Part shown: positions 19,007 through 28,707 of the stretch, one piece after another | Numbering within the stretch: the first letter of the stretch is position 1 | Layout of the letters: each line of letters starts with the position of its first letter | Assembly (NCBI GenBank): GCA_963702205.1 | Contig: OY969724.1 | Span: 896,001 to 960,000 of the forward strand | DNA from: an uncultured candidate division Zixibacteria bacterium | Lineage (GTDB): Bacteria; Zixibacteria; MSB-5A5; GN15; PGXB01 | Reading direction: 5' to 3' | Length of the DNA stretch: 64,000 nt | Program-made: the position numbers and the translations under genes | The notes under the pieces: generated by a model | The model's database searches: none | What the model saw: the letters and a program-made list of their open reading frames with translations, nothing else | What the model was told of the DNA's origin: nothing

Positions 19007-19456
19007 TTAGTGTCTCAAATTGGAATTTACCGTACAGCGTTTGCCGCCGAAAAATTTCGTAGCGAATTCTTCCACGGTTTTCGGATCATACGGTTTGCAG
19101 CTGAAAACGTCGAGATAAGTGGTATTGGTCAGGTTGGCGAAATGGGCCGAAATCAGCGACGTCTCGATAAGCTGTACCATGGAATACCCGGCGACCTTTT
19201 CGTCCTCGCCGAAATGGACGACCTGCGTCTCGCCGAAACGCTTCATTTCGATAAGATCGCATAGTTCTTTGACAAACTGCTTGATCTTTTCGGCATTCCT
19301 GATCGACTCCGGGTCACAGTCATAAATGTCGAAACTACAAGCCAGGCCCCAGATACCGGTCAGGTTCTTATAATCCACATTTTTGTCGGAGGCCGGATTA
19401 TTGGCCTCAATAACGGCAGCCGTGTGAGCTACTTTTCTGGTTAAAGTCTTTTCCAT
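19007..19456 (-). CDS. speD: Pyruvoyl-dependent S-adenosylmethionine decarboxylase family proenzyme
   Basis: DIYDCD, GYSMVQLIETSLISAHF (cleavage region), YLDVFSCK. Confidence 0.8.
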   Translation of the reverse strand: MEKTLTRKVAHTAAVIEANNPASDKNVDYKNLTGIWGLACSFDIYDCDPESIRNAEKIKQFVKELCDLIEMKRFGETQVVHFGEDEKVAGYSMVQLIETSLISAHFANLTNTTYLDVFSCKPYDPKTVEEFATKFFGGKRCTVNSNLRH

Positions 19457-19543
19457 CTGTTAAGTCCCAATCATGCTAAAGCGTTATCTTTATCGGCCGA
19501 CTCCGAAGGAGTCAGCCCGTTGGCTGACGATTAATTTCTCCTT

Positions 19544-20089
19544 TTAGGGGTTCTTCAAAACTGCGTCAATAACGTGAATAATGCCGTTGGAGCATTCAAT
19601 CTCCTCGTCGAGCACTTCGGCGTTATTGACTTTTACCTTTTCCTCGTCGGCCGTGATATGGAGCGTATCTCCGCTCATAGCCACGACGTTGAGTGTATCA
19701 TCGCGGCCGAAAGTAATCGCGGCGTCGGCCACGATATGCCGCGAAAGCAATTTTTTCAATTCTTTTTTATCGGCCAGGACCTTTTTCAGCCATTTGGCGT
19801 CGACGGCCTTGAAAGCCGAATCATCGGGGATAAACACCGTATACGGTCCTTCACCGTTAAGAAGTTCGGCCACGTCCGAATCCTGCAGCATGGTAACAAA
19901 CGTACTTAGAGTCCCATAATCCTGCGCGGTCCTGACGACGTCGTAACTTTCGACAAGGCCGGTGTCTTCATCGCCTTCGACAGCCGGCTCATCGTCGTAA
20001 TCATCGACCCCGAGCGCGGCGGCCGCGGCGAGGATGATGATCAGCATCGAAAGCGCCATTAATATTCTTCTTTTCATATTTTTGTCCAT
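19544..20089 (-). CDS. Secreted fasciclin (FAS1) domain protein
   Basis: Signal peptide; GPYTVFIPDDSAF; NGIIHVIDAVL. Confidence 0.92.
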   Translation of the reverse strand: MDKNMKRRILMALSMLIIILAAAAALGVDDYDDEPAVEGDEDTGLVESYDVVRTAQDYGTLSTFVTMLQDSDVAELLNGEGPYTVFIPDDSAFKAVDAKWLKKVLADKKELKKLLSRHIVADAAITFGRDDTLNVVAMSGDTLHITADEEKVKVNNAEVLDEEIECSNGIIHVIDAVLKNP

Positions 20090-20390
20090 CGGTCGGGTAC
20101 CTGAGCGAAGCCACGAGGATCATCGCGAATCCAGTCATAGACCGCCCCGGCCTCGCTTGCACTCTCGCTATTTTGTTGTTACTGGTTTCTGTGTTGCAAC
20201 CCATTGCTCGGGCTGCGGGGAAATTTAATTCGCGTCGGAAATCCTACGCCGCCTTTCCCCGTATCCGGCACGTCTTAATCATAAACCGTATCAAAGTGGC
20301 GACTCATTTTCGTGATAGCCACACTTAACAGTGCAACCTTGAATTTCCTCACATTAACGTTCACGGTTCTACCTGCCGATATATGTCCGG

Positions 20391-21038
20391 TTATTTGCCC
20401 GGCCCGCCCGGCAGAGCCTCCCTAATGAATTTAGCCAGGCTGGCGACGAAAGCACTTTTTAGAGACATGAATGATTTGTCCACGTCTTCGTCGTCAGTGG
20501 CCACGCTCGCGAAAGAATAGTACCCCGAAATAAAACCGGCGATAGCGCAGGCCAGACGGCGCAACCGTGGTTTTGAAATGGGCTGCTCGACGGCACCGTC
20601 GATTAACGTTTCGATTTTATCGAGGTACGGTAAAAAAGCCTGGTCGAGTCCTTCGTAACCCTGTTCCAGAGTAATGTCGGCCCGGCCCTGATAGTAAATC
20701 ACGAAATCGGCCCAGCGATTCCGGAAATATTCTATGTGCCCGCTGATCATCGCTTCCAGCAGGTCGTTCAGATCATCGAGGCCTTTGCATTTATTCCGTA
20801 TCTGTTCGGTCAGTTCTTCGAGAATGCTCGTAGTTAATGAACGAATCAAATCATCTTTATCATCGAAGTGATAATAGAACGTACCGCGTCCAAGGTCGGC
20901 GCGTTCGGTTATGTCGTCAATAGTTGTATAGTCCAAACCTTTTTCGACAAACACGTCTCGAGCAGCCTTCAAAAGCTTTTTCCTGGTTTTATTCAGGCGC
21001 CTTTGCTGGCGCGATTTAGGGCCGGATTCATGATCCAT
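20391..21038 (-). CDS. TetR/AcrR-family regulator
   Basis: TTIDDITERADLGRGTFYYHFDDKDDL HTH; start moved to ATG 21038 (GGAG RBS). Confidence 0.93.
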   Translation of the reverse strand: MDHESGPKSRQQRRLNKTRKKLLKAARDVFVEKGLDYTTIDDITERADLGRGTFYYHFDDKDDLIRSLTTSILEELTEQIRNKCKGLDDLNDLLEAMISGHIEYFRNRWADFVIYYQGRADITLEQGYEGLDQAFLPYLDKIETLIDGAVEQPISKPRLRRLACAIAGFISGYYSFASVATDDEDVDKSFMSLKSAFVASLAKFIREALPGGPGK

Positions 21039-21078
21039 GGCCGCTCCATTTATTTGTGACGCTATCATCATATTCGAC

Positions 21079-21107
21079 ATTATCGTCAGTTATGAACGTA
21101 TTGTCAA
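21079..21107 (-). promoter_or_regulatory. Sigma70 promoter of the tetR gene
   Basis: TTGACA-N17-GATAAT on the minus strand. Confidence 0.7.
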
Positions 21108-21371
21108 TAACATTTTAGCATAAAACAGATAATTTTGCAAAAAAGTTCAAATTTTGTTATGATTCATAATTGAATGGCGGCCAGTTGTTTATTCAGGTTC
21201 CAATAGTGGCGTAATCCAGGTTTTTTGCCGTCAATGAGAGCCACATATTAATCGTCGAATTACGGCTGTAACACATTGACATTTATTTGATTACGATTTT
21301 AAAATATTTATTATTTTAAATGGGGATGATCTTGAATCATCCCTCTGAGAACGTAACTTATTGATTATTAG

Positions 21372-21563
21372 CTACTTAGTTTCGTCGTCAAGTTCGCCGA
21401 GCTTGCGCCGGATGGCGAGCGGGCCAGCCCCAGTTGCGAAGCTCATAATCTGATCGAGCCTGGCCTGGTTTGCCTCGAATTTCTTACGAAGTCGCTACCG
21501 ATAGTGCCTGGAATTGATCCGGAAACCATCGGTCGTTCGGGGCGGAGCGTGTTCCTGTTTCAT
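21372..21563 (-). pseudogene. Small ORF interrupted by an in-frame TAG
   Basis: ATG 1 nt after the radical SAM stop; MKQEHAPPRTTDGFRINSRHYR*(21495-21497)RLRKKFEANQARLDQIMSFATGAGPLAIRRKLGELDDETK*. Confidence 0.3.
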
Positions 21564-21564
21564 G

Positions 21565-22521
21565 TTAAGTCTTTCCCTCTGATGACAACCTGTATCTCTG
21601 TTCCAATTCCGCGCCGGACGGCGACAGATATTTGATCTTTTCGTATTCGATTTCCATCAATTCTTTGGTTTCGATCAGTTGCGCAACAATGCCGGGGGCC
21701 GCAAAGGCTCGTTCCAGTTCCAGGGCGCGGTCTTTCGCCAGCGGGTGTTTGCGGCTGATTTCAAGGAGCGCCTGCCGGGCGTCGATAAATCCCTCGACCT
21801 CGACCGAGCCCTCTTTCCACAGCGAGGCCGGGGCGATGTTGCCGAATTTGGACAGAGCGAATTCGATAATAGGAGTTTCGGCCGGAAGCACGTGGGGCTC
21901 GGCGGGCGGTGAGGTCAGAGTCCGAACATAAATCTGATTGGGATGGATTTTTTGAATCGTTTCGGAAATGGATATGATGGGCCGGTGGGCGTCGTTGACA
22001 CTTTTGATCAGCATAACGTCGATCCATATCTGTCCGTCGAATTCACCACGGAATTTTATCATGCCGCCGATAATCATGTTGTAATCGAGATTGTTAAGCG
22101 GCCGGTTGAGTTTAAGGAAATCGCCCTCATTCCCGGCGTCGATCCCGATTATCACCACTTCCGCGCCGGCCAAATCCTGACGCACGTCCTTGCGGAACAA
22201 TAGCGAACCATTGGTGCAGACAACGACCGGGACTTGCACTTTCAGGCGGGTCTGTTCGATCAGACGCCCGAGTTCTCGGGAAAGAGTCGGTTCACCCTCA
22301 CCGATAAAAGATATGTGCCCGGGCGCGGTATGATACGCTCGGTTGATAATCTCGGCCATGATATCGTCGAAGGGATAAAACCTTTCACGCACGGAAGACT
22401 GAAAGCGCGTAGTTCCACAATGACAATAGAGACAATTGAAAGAACAGACGTTGGCGGGGACGATGTTTACGTAGAGAGTGCGTCCCAGTCGAATCGAATT
22501 TATCGGCCCGTAGGCATACAT
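21565..22521 (-). CDS. Radical SAM protein (COG0731-like)
   Basis: YGPINSIRLGRTL, CSFNCLYC, GEGEPTL, TNGSL; start moved to ATG 22521. Confidence 0.9.
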   Translation of the reverse strand: MYAYGPINSIRLGRTLYVNIVPANVCSFNCLYCHCGTTRFQSSVRERFYPFDDIMAEIINRAYHTAPGHISFIGEGEPTLSRELGRLIEQTRLKVQVPVVVCTNGSLLFRKDVRQDLAGAEVVIIGIDAGNEGDFLKLNRPLNNLDYNMIIGGMIKFRGEFDGQIWIDVMLIKSVNDAHRPIISISETIQKIHPNQIYVRTLTSPPAEPHVLPAETPIIEFALSKFGNIAPASLWKEGSVEVEGFIDARQALLEISRKHPLAKDRALELERAFAAPGIVAQLIETKELMEIEYEKIKYLSPSGAELEQRYRLSSEGKT

Positions 22522-22802
22522 TTCATTTTCTTCCTGCCGCAACAAGGCGGCCCGTACACAAGATTTTCATCCGGTACAGGGGTAAAGACAAAAGACATGC
22601 CAAACGCCTTTGGGCTGGATGGGCAAATTCGCGAATAACGGCGATTTACCGTAACACATAACAATACAAGTGGTTAGAGTTTGACAATTTGAAGGTATAT
22701 ATAGAAATTAAAATATAAAAAACTGATTGCGACTAATAGTGGAGCGATCGGGATAATATAAGTACAAGTATTTTTCAAAATGAAAGACTTTGTTCTTACG
22801 AA

Positions 22803-24422
22803 TTATTTCAGTTCATATTCTTTCATTTTGCGCCATAACGTCGACGGGCTGATGCCGAGGATACGCGCGGCATGCGTTCGATTCCATGACGTCGCTTTGA
22901 GGACGGTGATGATGTGTCCCCTTTCGACGTCGGTCAGGCTTTTGTCCGGAGAATCGTTGCCCGATTCGAGGGCTTCTTTGTGGCGAATAAGGCGGCCCGG
23001 CAGATGCTCCGGGCGCACGACGCCGTCGTCGCTGAAAACGGCGCCTCGTTCGATGGCATTTTCCAGTTCCCTTACGTTGCCCGGCCAGGGGTACGATTGG
23101 AAATAGTCGATGCATTTGGCGTCGAGTTTGAGCCGGGCGATTCCCAGCCTCTTGCCCAGCCGGTTCGTGATGTGCCGGGCCAGAGGAAGAATGTCTTCTT
23201 TGCGCTCCCGCAGCGGGGGAATGTTGACTTCGATCACTTTTAAGCGATACAACAGGTCATCGCGGAAGGTGCCATCCTGCACCGCCTGGTCGAGGTCCTT
23301 GTTCGAGGCGGCAATGATCCGGACGTCCACTTTACGCGGGATGTTCTCCCCGATACGCAGGATTTCCTTCTCCTGAAGAACTCGGAGCAGTTTCAACTGA
23401 AGCTGCTGCGAAATGTCGCCGATTTCATCGAGGAATATGGTCCCCCTGGTGGCTTCCTCGAACAGGCCGGTACGATCGCGGATAGCCCCGGTGAATGACC
23501 CGGCTTTGTGCCCGAACAGCTCACTTTCGAGAAGACTTTCCGGCAAAGCGCCGCAGTTTATGGTGACAAACTGACCGCCTGAACGCGATGATTGCTTGTG
23601 GATGTAGCGGGCGAGGACTTCCTTGCCCACCCCACTTTCGCCGGTGATCAGTACCGAAGAATCGAAACGCGCCACCCGGTCGGCCATCTGCATGACAAGC
23701 TGCAGGGCCTTGCTGCGGTATTCCATAAAAAACGAACCGAGCGACCGTCCGGTCGGATCGAATTGATCCCGTCTTTTTTCGGACTCCTCGTCTTTTTCCA
23801 TGATTTTGGAGGCCAGACGGTCGACCGTTCCCTGAATGTCCTCGGCTTTGAAATACTTGATCTGGTCCTGAATCGCGCCGTGCCAGGAATCGACGTCGCG
23901 CCCCACGCCGGTGCAGACGCTGTCGCCTTTGGCCTGGCATTTATTTTCCACGAAATAGACTTTCCTTTTCAGGACAAACGACATATAGCCGCTGGCATAG
24001 CCGATTATTTTCCAGCAGGCTGGTTCTTTTGACCAGCCGGTTTCCATGAGATGTTCTTCGGCTTCGCCGGAGTCTTTCCATTCGATCCCCATATAAAAAT
24101 CATCATCATCAAGCCGCAGTTCTTTAATTTCCATCGTGGCCAGACCCTCGAGGTTCATCATCCTGAAGCCGGCCCGGATTTGTTCTTCGATATTGTCCCA
24201 TTTAAAGATCCGACGCAGTGCCGAGGCATCGGCCTGCCCCCAGAAATAGCCGAACCGGGTGAATATTCTCCTGGTATGTTCCAGCCCGAGCATATCAATA
24301 ATGTCTTTTCGGAAGTAACCGAAGGCGTGGATGGAATTGAGAACGAGGCGACGGCCATAAAAGTCAATATTGCCCTCGTTGAAAGTTGCGATTTCGTTCA
24401 GTTCGAGATCAGATGCTTTCAT
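22803..24422 (-). CDS. XylR/DmpR-family sigma54-dependent activator (XylR_N, V4R, AAA+, HTH)
   Basis: GRRLVL and RFGYFWG N-domain; V4R Cys pattern; [29 protein letters not shown], Fis-type HTH. Confidence 0.93.
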   Translation of the reverse strand: MKASDLELNEIATFNEGNIDFYGRRLVLNSIHAFGYFRKDIIDMLGLEHTRRIFTRFGYFWGQADASALRRIFKWDNIEEQIRAGFRMMNLEGLATMEIKELRLDDDDFYMGIEWKDSGEAEEHLMETGWSKEPACWKIIGYASGYMSFVLKRKVYFVENKCQAKGDSVCTGVGRDVDSWHGAIQDQIKYFKAEDIQGTVDRLASKIMEKDEESEKRRDQFDPTGRSLGSFFMEYRSKALQLVMQMADRVARFDSSVLITGESGVGKEVLARYIHKQSSRSGGQFVTINCGALPESLLESELFGHKAGSFTGAIRDRTGLFEEATRGTIFLDEIGDISQQLQLKLLRVLQEKEILRIGENIPRKVDVRIIAASNKDLDQAVQDGTFRDDLLYRLKVIEVNIPPLRERKEDILPLARHITNRLGKRLGIARLKLDAKCIDYFQSYPWPGNVRELENAIERGAVFSDDGVVRPEHLPGRLIRHKEALESGNDSPDKSLTDVERGHIITVLKATSWNRTHAARILGISPSTLWRKMKEYELK

Positions 24423-24750
24423 TCCGGTCCTCTAATATGAAATAGCGTTATTTCAAAATAGAATATATTGCAATTTGGTCAAGATGGTAGTTAAATTTTG
24501 ATAAAAATATTCGTCCGCTATTTTGTTGTCTCTAAGGTGGTTAATTTTGTCGACAAAATCGTCGTAATATTATGATATTACTTGTGTTATATTTTGGCGT
24601 GCGTGCCGGTAAAATTAGCGGCTTTGTCGGATAATCATGATTTGTGAAAAATGTTGCAAGTAAAATTGCAGCTGGAGGCGTTAATTGACAGCCTGAATTT
24701 ATCCATGAGAATGCAAAAGCGCGTAAGGTTGGGAAAATACCGCCGGGCAT

Positions 24751-24787
24751 AAAAAAACCGGACGGTGATCAAATACACCGGTCCGGC
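24751..24787 (-). terminator. Intrinsic terminator
   Basis: ccggacggtg / caccggtccgg hairpin followed by T7 on the minus strand. Confidence 0.75.
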
Positions 24788-24806
24788 TTATGAATTTTAT
24801 TGAGAC

Positions 24807-25253
24807 TTATTTCATGATTTCGCTGTTTGTCGACATTCTGGAAGGTTCCTCCTCCGCCCTGATGTCGCGCGGCGTGTCCATGAGCATTTCCCGAATTCTC
24901 TTTTCGTTGAATCCGATGGTCGAAAGTCGGCCGATGACAATAATCGGCAGTCTTAAAAGAAGATTGTCCTGCTCTATCAGACCTAATATTTCGTCGCGAC
25001 TGAGAGCGGCCGTATCAAGTTTATGCTTCTTATACAGCTTATGATTCGAGTCGAGGAAATGTCTAAGATCGTAATAGCAGATCAATTTGCTGATCTGCGC
25101 GGCGATAAGCGGTTTGTTTTTTACATCGTGCGCTTTAAGGACAACATCGAGATTTTCGAAAAATTCAATATGGGCCTTTGAATTCGGATCATCAGGGTTA
25201 TAATAGACAATGATCTTCTTGATCAAGCCACGCGTTGCTCTGTAAAAGTCCAT
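24807..25253 (-). CDS. ArsC/Spx-like protein lacking the catalytic cysteines
   Basis: IIVYYNP, LSRDEILGLI, LLLRLPIIV...IGFNEK match the Spx/ArsC pattern; CxxC position reads DPNS. Confidence 0.7.
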   Translation of the reverse strand: MDFYRATRGLIKKIIVYYNPDDPNSKAHIEFFENLDVVLKAHDVKNKPLIAAQISKLICYYDLRHFLDSNHKLYKKHKLDTAALSRDEILGLIEQDNLLLRLPIIVIGRLSTIGFNEKRIREMLMDTPRDIRAEEEPSRMSTNSEIMK

Positions 25254-25533
25254 CAAAATGTCACCTGTTCAGTTTCAGTTCTTTTGTTAGCCAGCATCCT
25301 TATTTCTACTTTGCCCCCGATTAATTAAATCATGCACGAGATACAGCTTTAAGCCTTCGTGCCTTGGAAGGTCTTGCGATCGTTCATCCAATATATATAA
25401 CACATGAGTCTCGTCAATAGTTCAGTATCGAATTGCGAATTTTTTTTGATCTGACCGCCTGTTGTTGATCAGTCGTTTTCATAATTCATCGGCGGTCAAA
25501 TCAATTTCGGCATTTTCGCCAGGCTTTCCGGCG

Positions 25534-26088
25534 TTACGAGTTTTCTGGCATAGTTGTCGGTTTAACGCGTGGAAAGCCAATCGGTGTTTGCGATATCTCG
25601 GTGAAATAATTGGCGAAAATGCTCAAAACCACATGTCCTACAATCTCCAAAATTTCTTCGTCACTATAATCCGCGGTGCGCAGGGTCTTTATCTGTTCGT
25701 CTTTCACACGCCCCCTCCTGAGCGTTACCGAGCGCGCAAAATCAAGGGCGGCTGCGAGTTTACGATCGTGGCTGGTTGCTTCACGGCTATCGTTTATTTC
25801 CAGTTCGCTTATTCCAGCGAGCTTGGCCAGGGCGATCCCGGCCGACAAGCAGTATTCACTGGCGTTAACTTCCGATACCGTTATAGGTATCAGGGCCTGA
25901 AGTTTCGCGTTTAGCCGGCCTTTGGATAGAGCATCCCGGAAACAATAGAATGACCGCAAAATCACCGGCGACAGGGCCATTTCCTTGATCATGTTGGGAG
26001 TAATGCCCATTTTAGAGTCGATCAGTTCAATAAGTCTTTTGGTTTCCTCGGTCATTTCATCCGGGCCTGTTAAACGAAATCTTGTCAT
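25534..26088 (-). CDS. Carboxymuconolactone decarboxylase / AhpD-like protein
   Basis: GITPNMIKEMALSP, VSEVNASEYCLSA, YSDEEILEIV, NYF...IGFP; start moved to ATG 26088. Confidence 0.85.
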   Translation of the reverse strand: MTRFRLTGPDEMTEETKRLIELIDSKMGITPNMIKEMALSPVILRSFYCFRDALSKGRLNAKLQALIPITVSEVNASEYCLSAGIALAKLAGISELEINDSREATSHDRKLAAALDFARSVTLRRGRVKDEQIKTLRTADYSDEEILEIVGHVVLSIFANYFTEISQTPIGFPRVKPTTMPENS

Positions 26089-26156
26089 TCCAGCGCCGCC
26101 CTGCATGCATTTAACGTTAATGTATCAATTCATCTTTGTATAGCCCGATAAAGTAA

Positions 26157-26173
26157 AGCATGGTTTGTGCCAA
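26157..26173 (-). promoter_or_regulatory. Sigma54 (-24/-12) promoter for the CMD/AhpD gene
   Basis: TTGGCACAAACCATGCT (GG-N10-GC), divergent from a sigma54 activator gene. Confidence 0.75.
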
Positions 26174-26431
26174 TTTTTGTCGTAATGTTAATAGCATGTC
26201 AGACAAGGTGATACAAGTAAGCGGCGGCTGAACCTACACGAGATTGGTTGTAATATTCAATTTTTTGGTGGCGTTTTCACGAGATTTCGTGTACATTATT
26301 TGCAGCAAAGCTTCGGTTTTAATCTGGATTGTGGTCATCAAAAGCCTCTGGGATATTTGAATTATGTGTCGCTCATACTTGTGAGTATAAATAAGTACGG
26401 GCTGTTGATACGGGTTAAAAGCCTGGATTGA

Positions 26432-28699
26432 GTGATGAAAGAAAAAGGTTTCGATTTCGAGGCTGCTCTTCTTGCGGCGGCGGGAAATAATCCGCAGGAA
26501 CTGGCCCGGTTCTATGGCCAGATCTTTGACGCTATTCCCGATATAATCGGAGTTCTTGACGTCGACCGGTCCGTTATCCGTTACAATAAAGCCGGCTACG
26601 AATTCTTCGAAAAAAATCGTGACAGTGTAACCAGTGAAAAGTGCTTCGAGTTTATAGGACGAGATGCACCGTGCGAAGTCTGCGCGTCCAATGAAGTCGT
26701 ACAAACTCAAAAGCCGGTACATCTGGAGAAGTACTTCGAACAACTCGAGGTTTGGTTCGATATTCGCGCCTACCCGCTGTTCGATCAATCGGGAAAGCTG
26801 GTCAGGATAATAGAGCATCTGAGAGATATAACCGCTCAGAAAAAGGCACAAATCGACCTGAAGAACGAAAGTACCTTTCGTAACGCGGTTATCAAAAGCG
26901 GTACCGAAGGCTTATGCGTTTGTCATAATATCCCCGAGTACCCAAACGTTCGCTTCACGGTCTGGAACGATCGCATGACGGAAATCACGGGATATGACAT
27001 GGAACAGATCAACCAATCCGGCTGGTATCAGACGGTTTATCCCGATCCGGAAGTAAGAGAGCGGGCCATAAAGCGCATGTCCGAAATGCGCCTCGGCGAC
27101 GACCTCATAAGTGAAGAATGGGTAATCCGAAGGGCCGACGGGCAGGACCGCACGATATTGATTTCGACGTCCATACTCGACCAAAGCAACGGTGAAACGC
27201 ATGTCATCGCGACCATGCTTGACATAACCGACCGAAAGATGGCGGAGAAGGCGGTGCAAGAACGGGAGGCGAAGCTGAGAAGCATTTTCCGGGCGGCGCC
27301 CGTCGGTATCGGATTGGTTGCCAACCGAATTCTTCTCGATGCCAACGACCGTATATGCGAAATTACCGGGTATTCACGCGATGAACTGATCGGGCAAAAT
27401 TCCCTTGTATTGTACCCCACCAAAGAAGAATTCGATATGGTCGGTAAAGATAAGTACGATCAAATCGCGAAGTACGGCACGGGTACAGTCGAGACGCGCT
27501 GGAAAAGAAAGGACGGAAAAATAATCGACGTCCTGTTGAGTTCGACACCGCTCGATCAGAACGACCTCGTTGCGGGGGTGACTTATACCGCCATGGACAT
27601 CTCGGACCGAAAGACGGCCGAAAACAACCTGCGACAGGCCCTCAATGAAGTGCAGAGCCTCAAAAACCGTCTGCAGGCGGAAAATATATATCTTCAGGAG
27701 GAAATCAAACAGGAACAAAACCTCGAGTTCATTATTGGCCAGTCCGAGGCGCTGAAGACAATATATGAACTGATCAAACAAGTCTCTGCGACCGACGCCT
27801 CGGTTCTGATCCAGGGAGAGACGGGGACCGGCAAAGAGCTTATTGCGCGAGCCATACACGAACAAAGTCCGCGCCGCGACCGGCCCATAATAAAGGTTAA
27901 CTGCGCTTCGATACCGCGCGAGCTTTTCGAAAGCGAGTTTTTCGGGCATGTTAAAGGGGCCTTTACCGGAGCTATCAGGGATCGTGTCGGTCGCTTTCAA
28001 CTGGCCGACGGCGGCACGCTCTTCCTCGACGAGGTCGGCGAGATTCCGTCGGAACTTCAGAGCAAGCTCCTGCGGGTTTTGCAGGAAGGTGAGTTTGAGC
28101 GCGTTGGCGAGGACAAGACTAACCGGGTCGACGTGCGCATTATTGCGTCGACCAACCGCCATCTCGAACAGGAGATTGTTACCGGACATTTTCGGCAGGA
28201 TTTGTATTTCCGGTTGAGTGTCTTTCCGATCGAAGTGCCGCCGCTGAGGGAAAGGCCGGAAGACATTCCGCCGATAGCCGAGTTTTATCTTAAGCGGGCG
28301 TACCGGCGGCTGGGCGTTCCTGAAGAAGAACTTACCGAAGAAAATATTCTTCAATTGCAGGAGTACTGGTGGCCCGGAAACGTGCGGGAGCTGCAAAACA
28401 TTATCGACCGGGCCGTAATCATATCCCGCGATGAACCGTTGCAGTTTCATTTCCCAAACATCGAGAGGGGAGTCGTGAACAATGATATTACGAAAACCGC
28501 CAGAGCATTAAAAAAGCGTGATAAGCTGCTAACCCAGGACCAGCTTCGGCAGGTGGAAATCGAAAGCATTGTCGAGGCTCTTGAGAAAACCGGCTGGAAA
28601 GTCTATGGCAAGAATGGGGCCGCCGCGCTGCTGGGTATGAAGCCGTCGACACTGGCTTCGAGAATAAAAGCTCTGGGGATTAAATCTCCTGACAAATAA
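26432..28699 (+). CDS. Sigma54-dependent activator with three PAS domains
   Basis: Three PAS/PAC units (DIT/DIS ends); [35 protein letters not shown]. Confidence 0.94.
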   Translation: MMKEKGFDFEAALLAAAGNNPQELARFYGQIFDAIPDIIGVLDVDRSVIRYNKAGYEFFEKNRDSVTSEKCFEFIGRDAPCEVCASNEVVQTQKPVHLEKYFEQLEVWFDIRAYPLFDQSGKLVRIIEHLRDITAQKKAQIDLKNESTFRNAVIKSGTEGLCVCHNIPEYPNVRFTVWNDRMTEITGYDMEQINQSGWYQTVYPDPEVRERAIKRMSEMRLGDDLISEEWVIRRADGQDRTILISTSILDQSNGETHVIATMLDITDRKMAEKAVQEREAKLRSIFRAAPVGIGLVANRILLDANDRICEITGYSRDELIGQNSLVLYPTKEEFDMVGKDKYDQIAKYGTGTVETRWKRKDGKIIDVLLSSTPLDQNDLVAGVTYTAMDISDRKTAENNLRQALNEVQSLKNRLQAENIYLQEEIKQEQNLEFIIGQSEALKTIYELIKQVSATDASVLIQGETGTGKELIARAIHEQSPRRDRPIIKVNCASIPRELFESEFFGHVKGAFTGAIRDRVGRFQLADGGTLFLDEVGEIPSELQSKLLRVLQEGEFERVGEDKTNRVDVRIIASTNRHLEQEIVTGHFRQDLYFRLSVFPIEVPPLRERPEDIPPIAEFYLKRAYRRLGVPEEELTEENILQLQEYWWPGNVRELQNIIDRAVIISRDEPLQFHFPNIERGVVNNDITKTARALKKRDKLLTQDQLRQVEIESIVEALEKTGWKVYGKNGAAALLGMKPSTLASRIKALGIKSPDK

Positions 28700-28707
28700 T
28701 CCTTGAA

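Noticed and set aside
19489..20385. Other GCCGATA motifs (~19490 minus, ~20375 plus) as sigma28 promoters
   Set aside because: No TAAA-like -35 at 15-nt spacing; the second also points antisense into tetR.
26234..26851. 205-aa minus-strand ORF
   Set aside because: Mostly antisense to the PAS activator, with no recognisable motifs.
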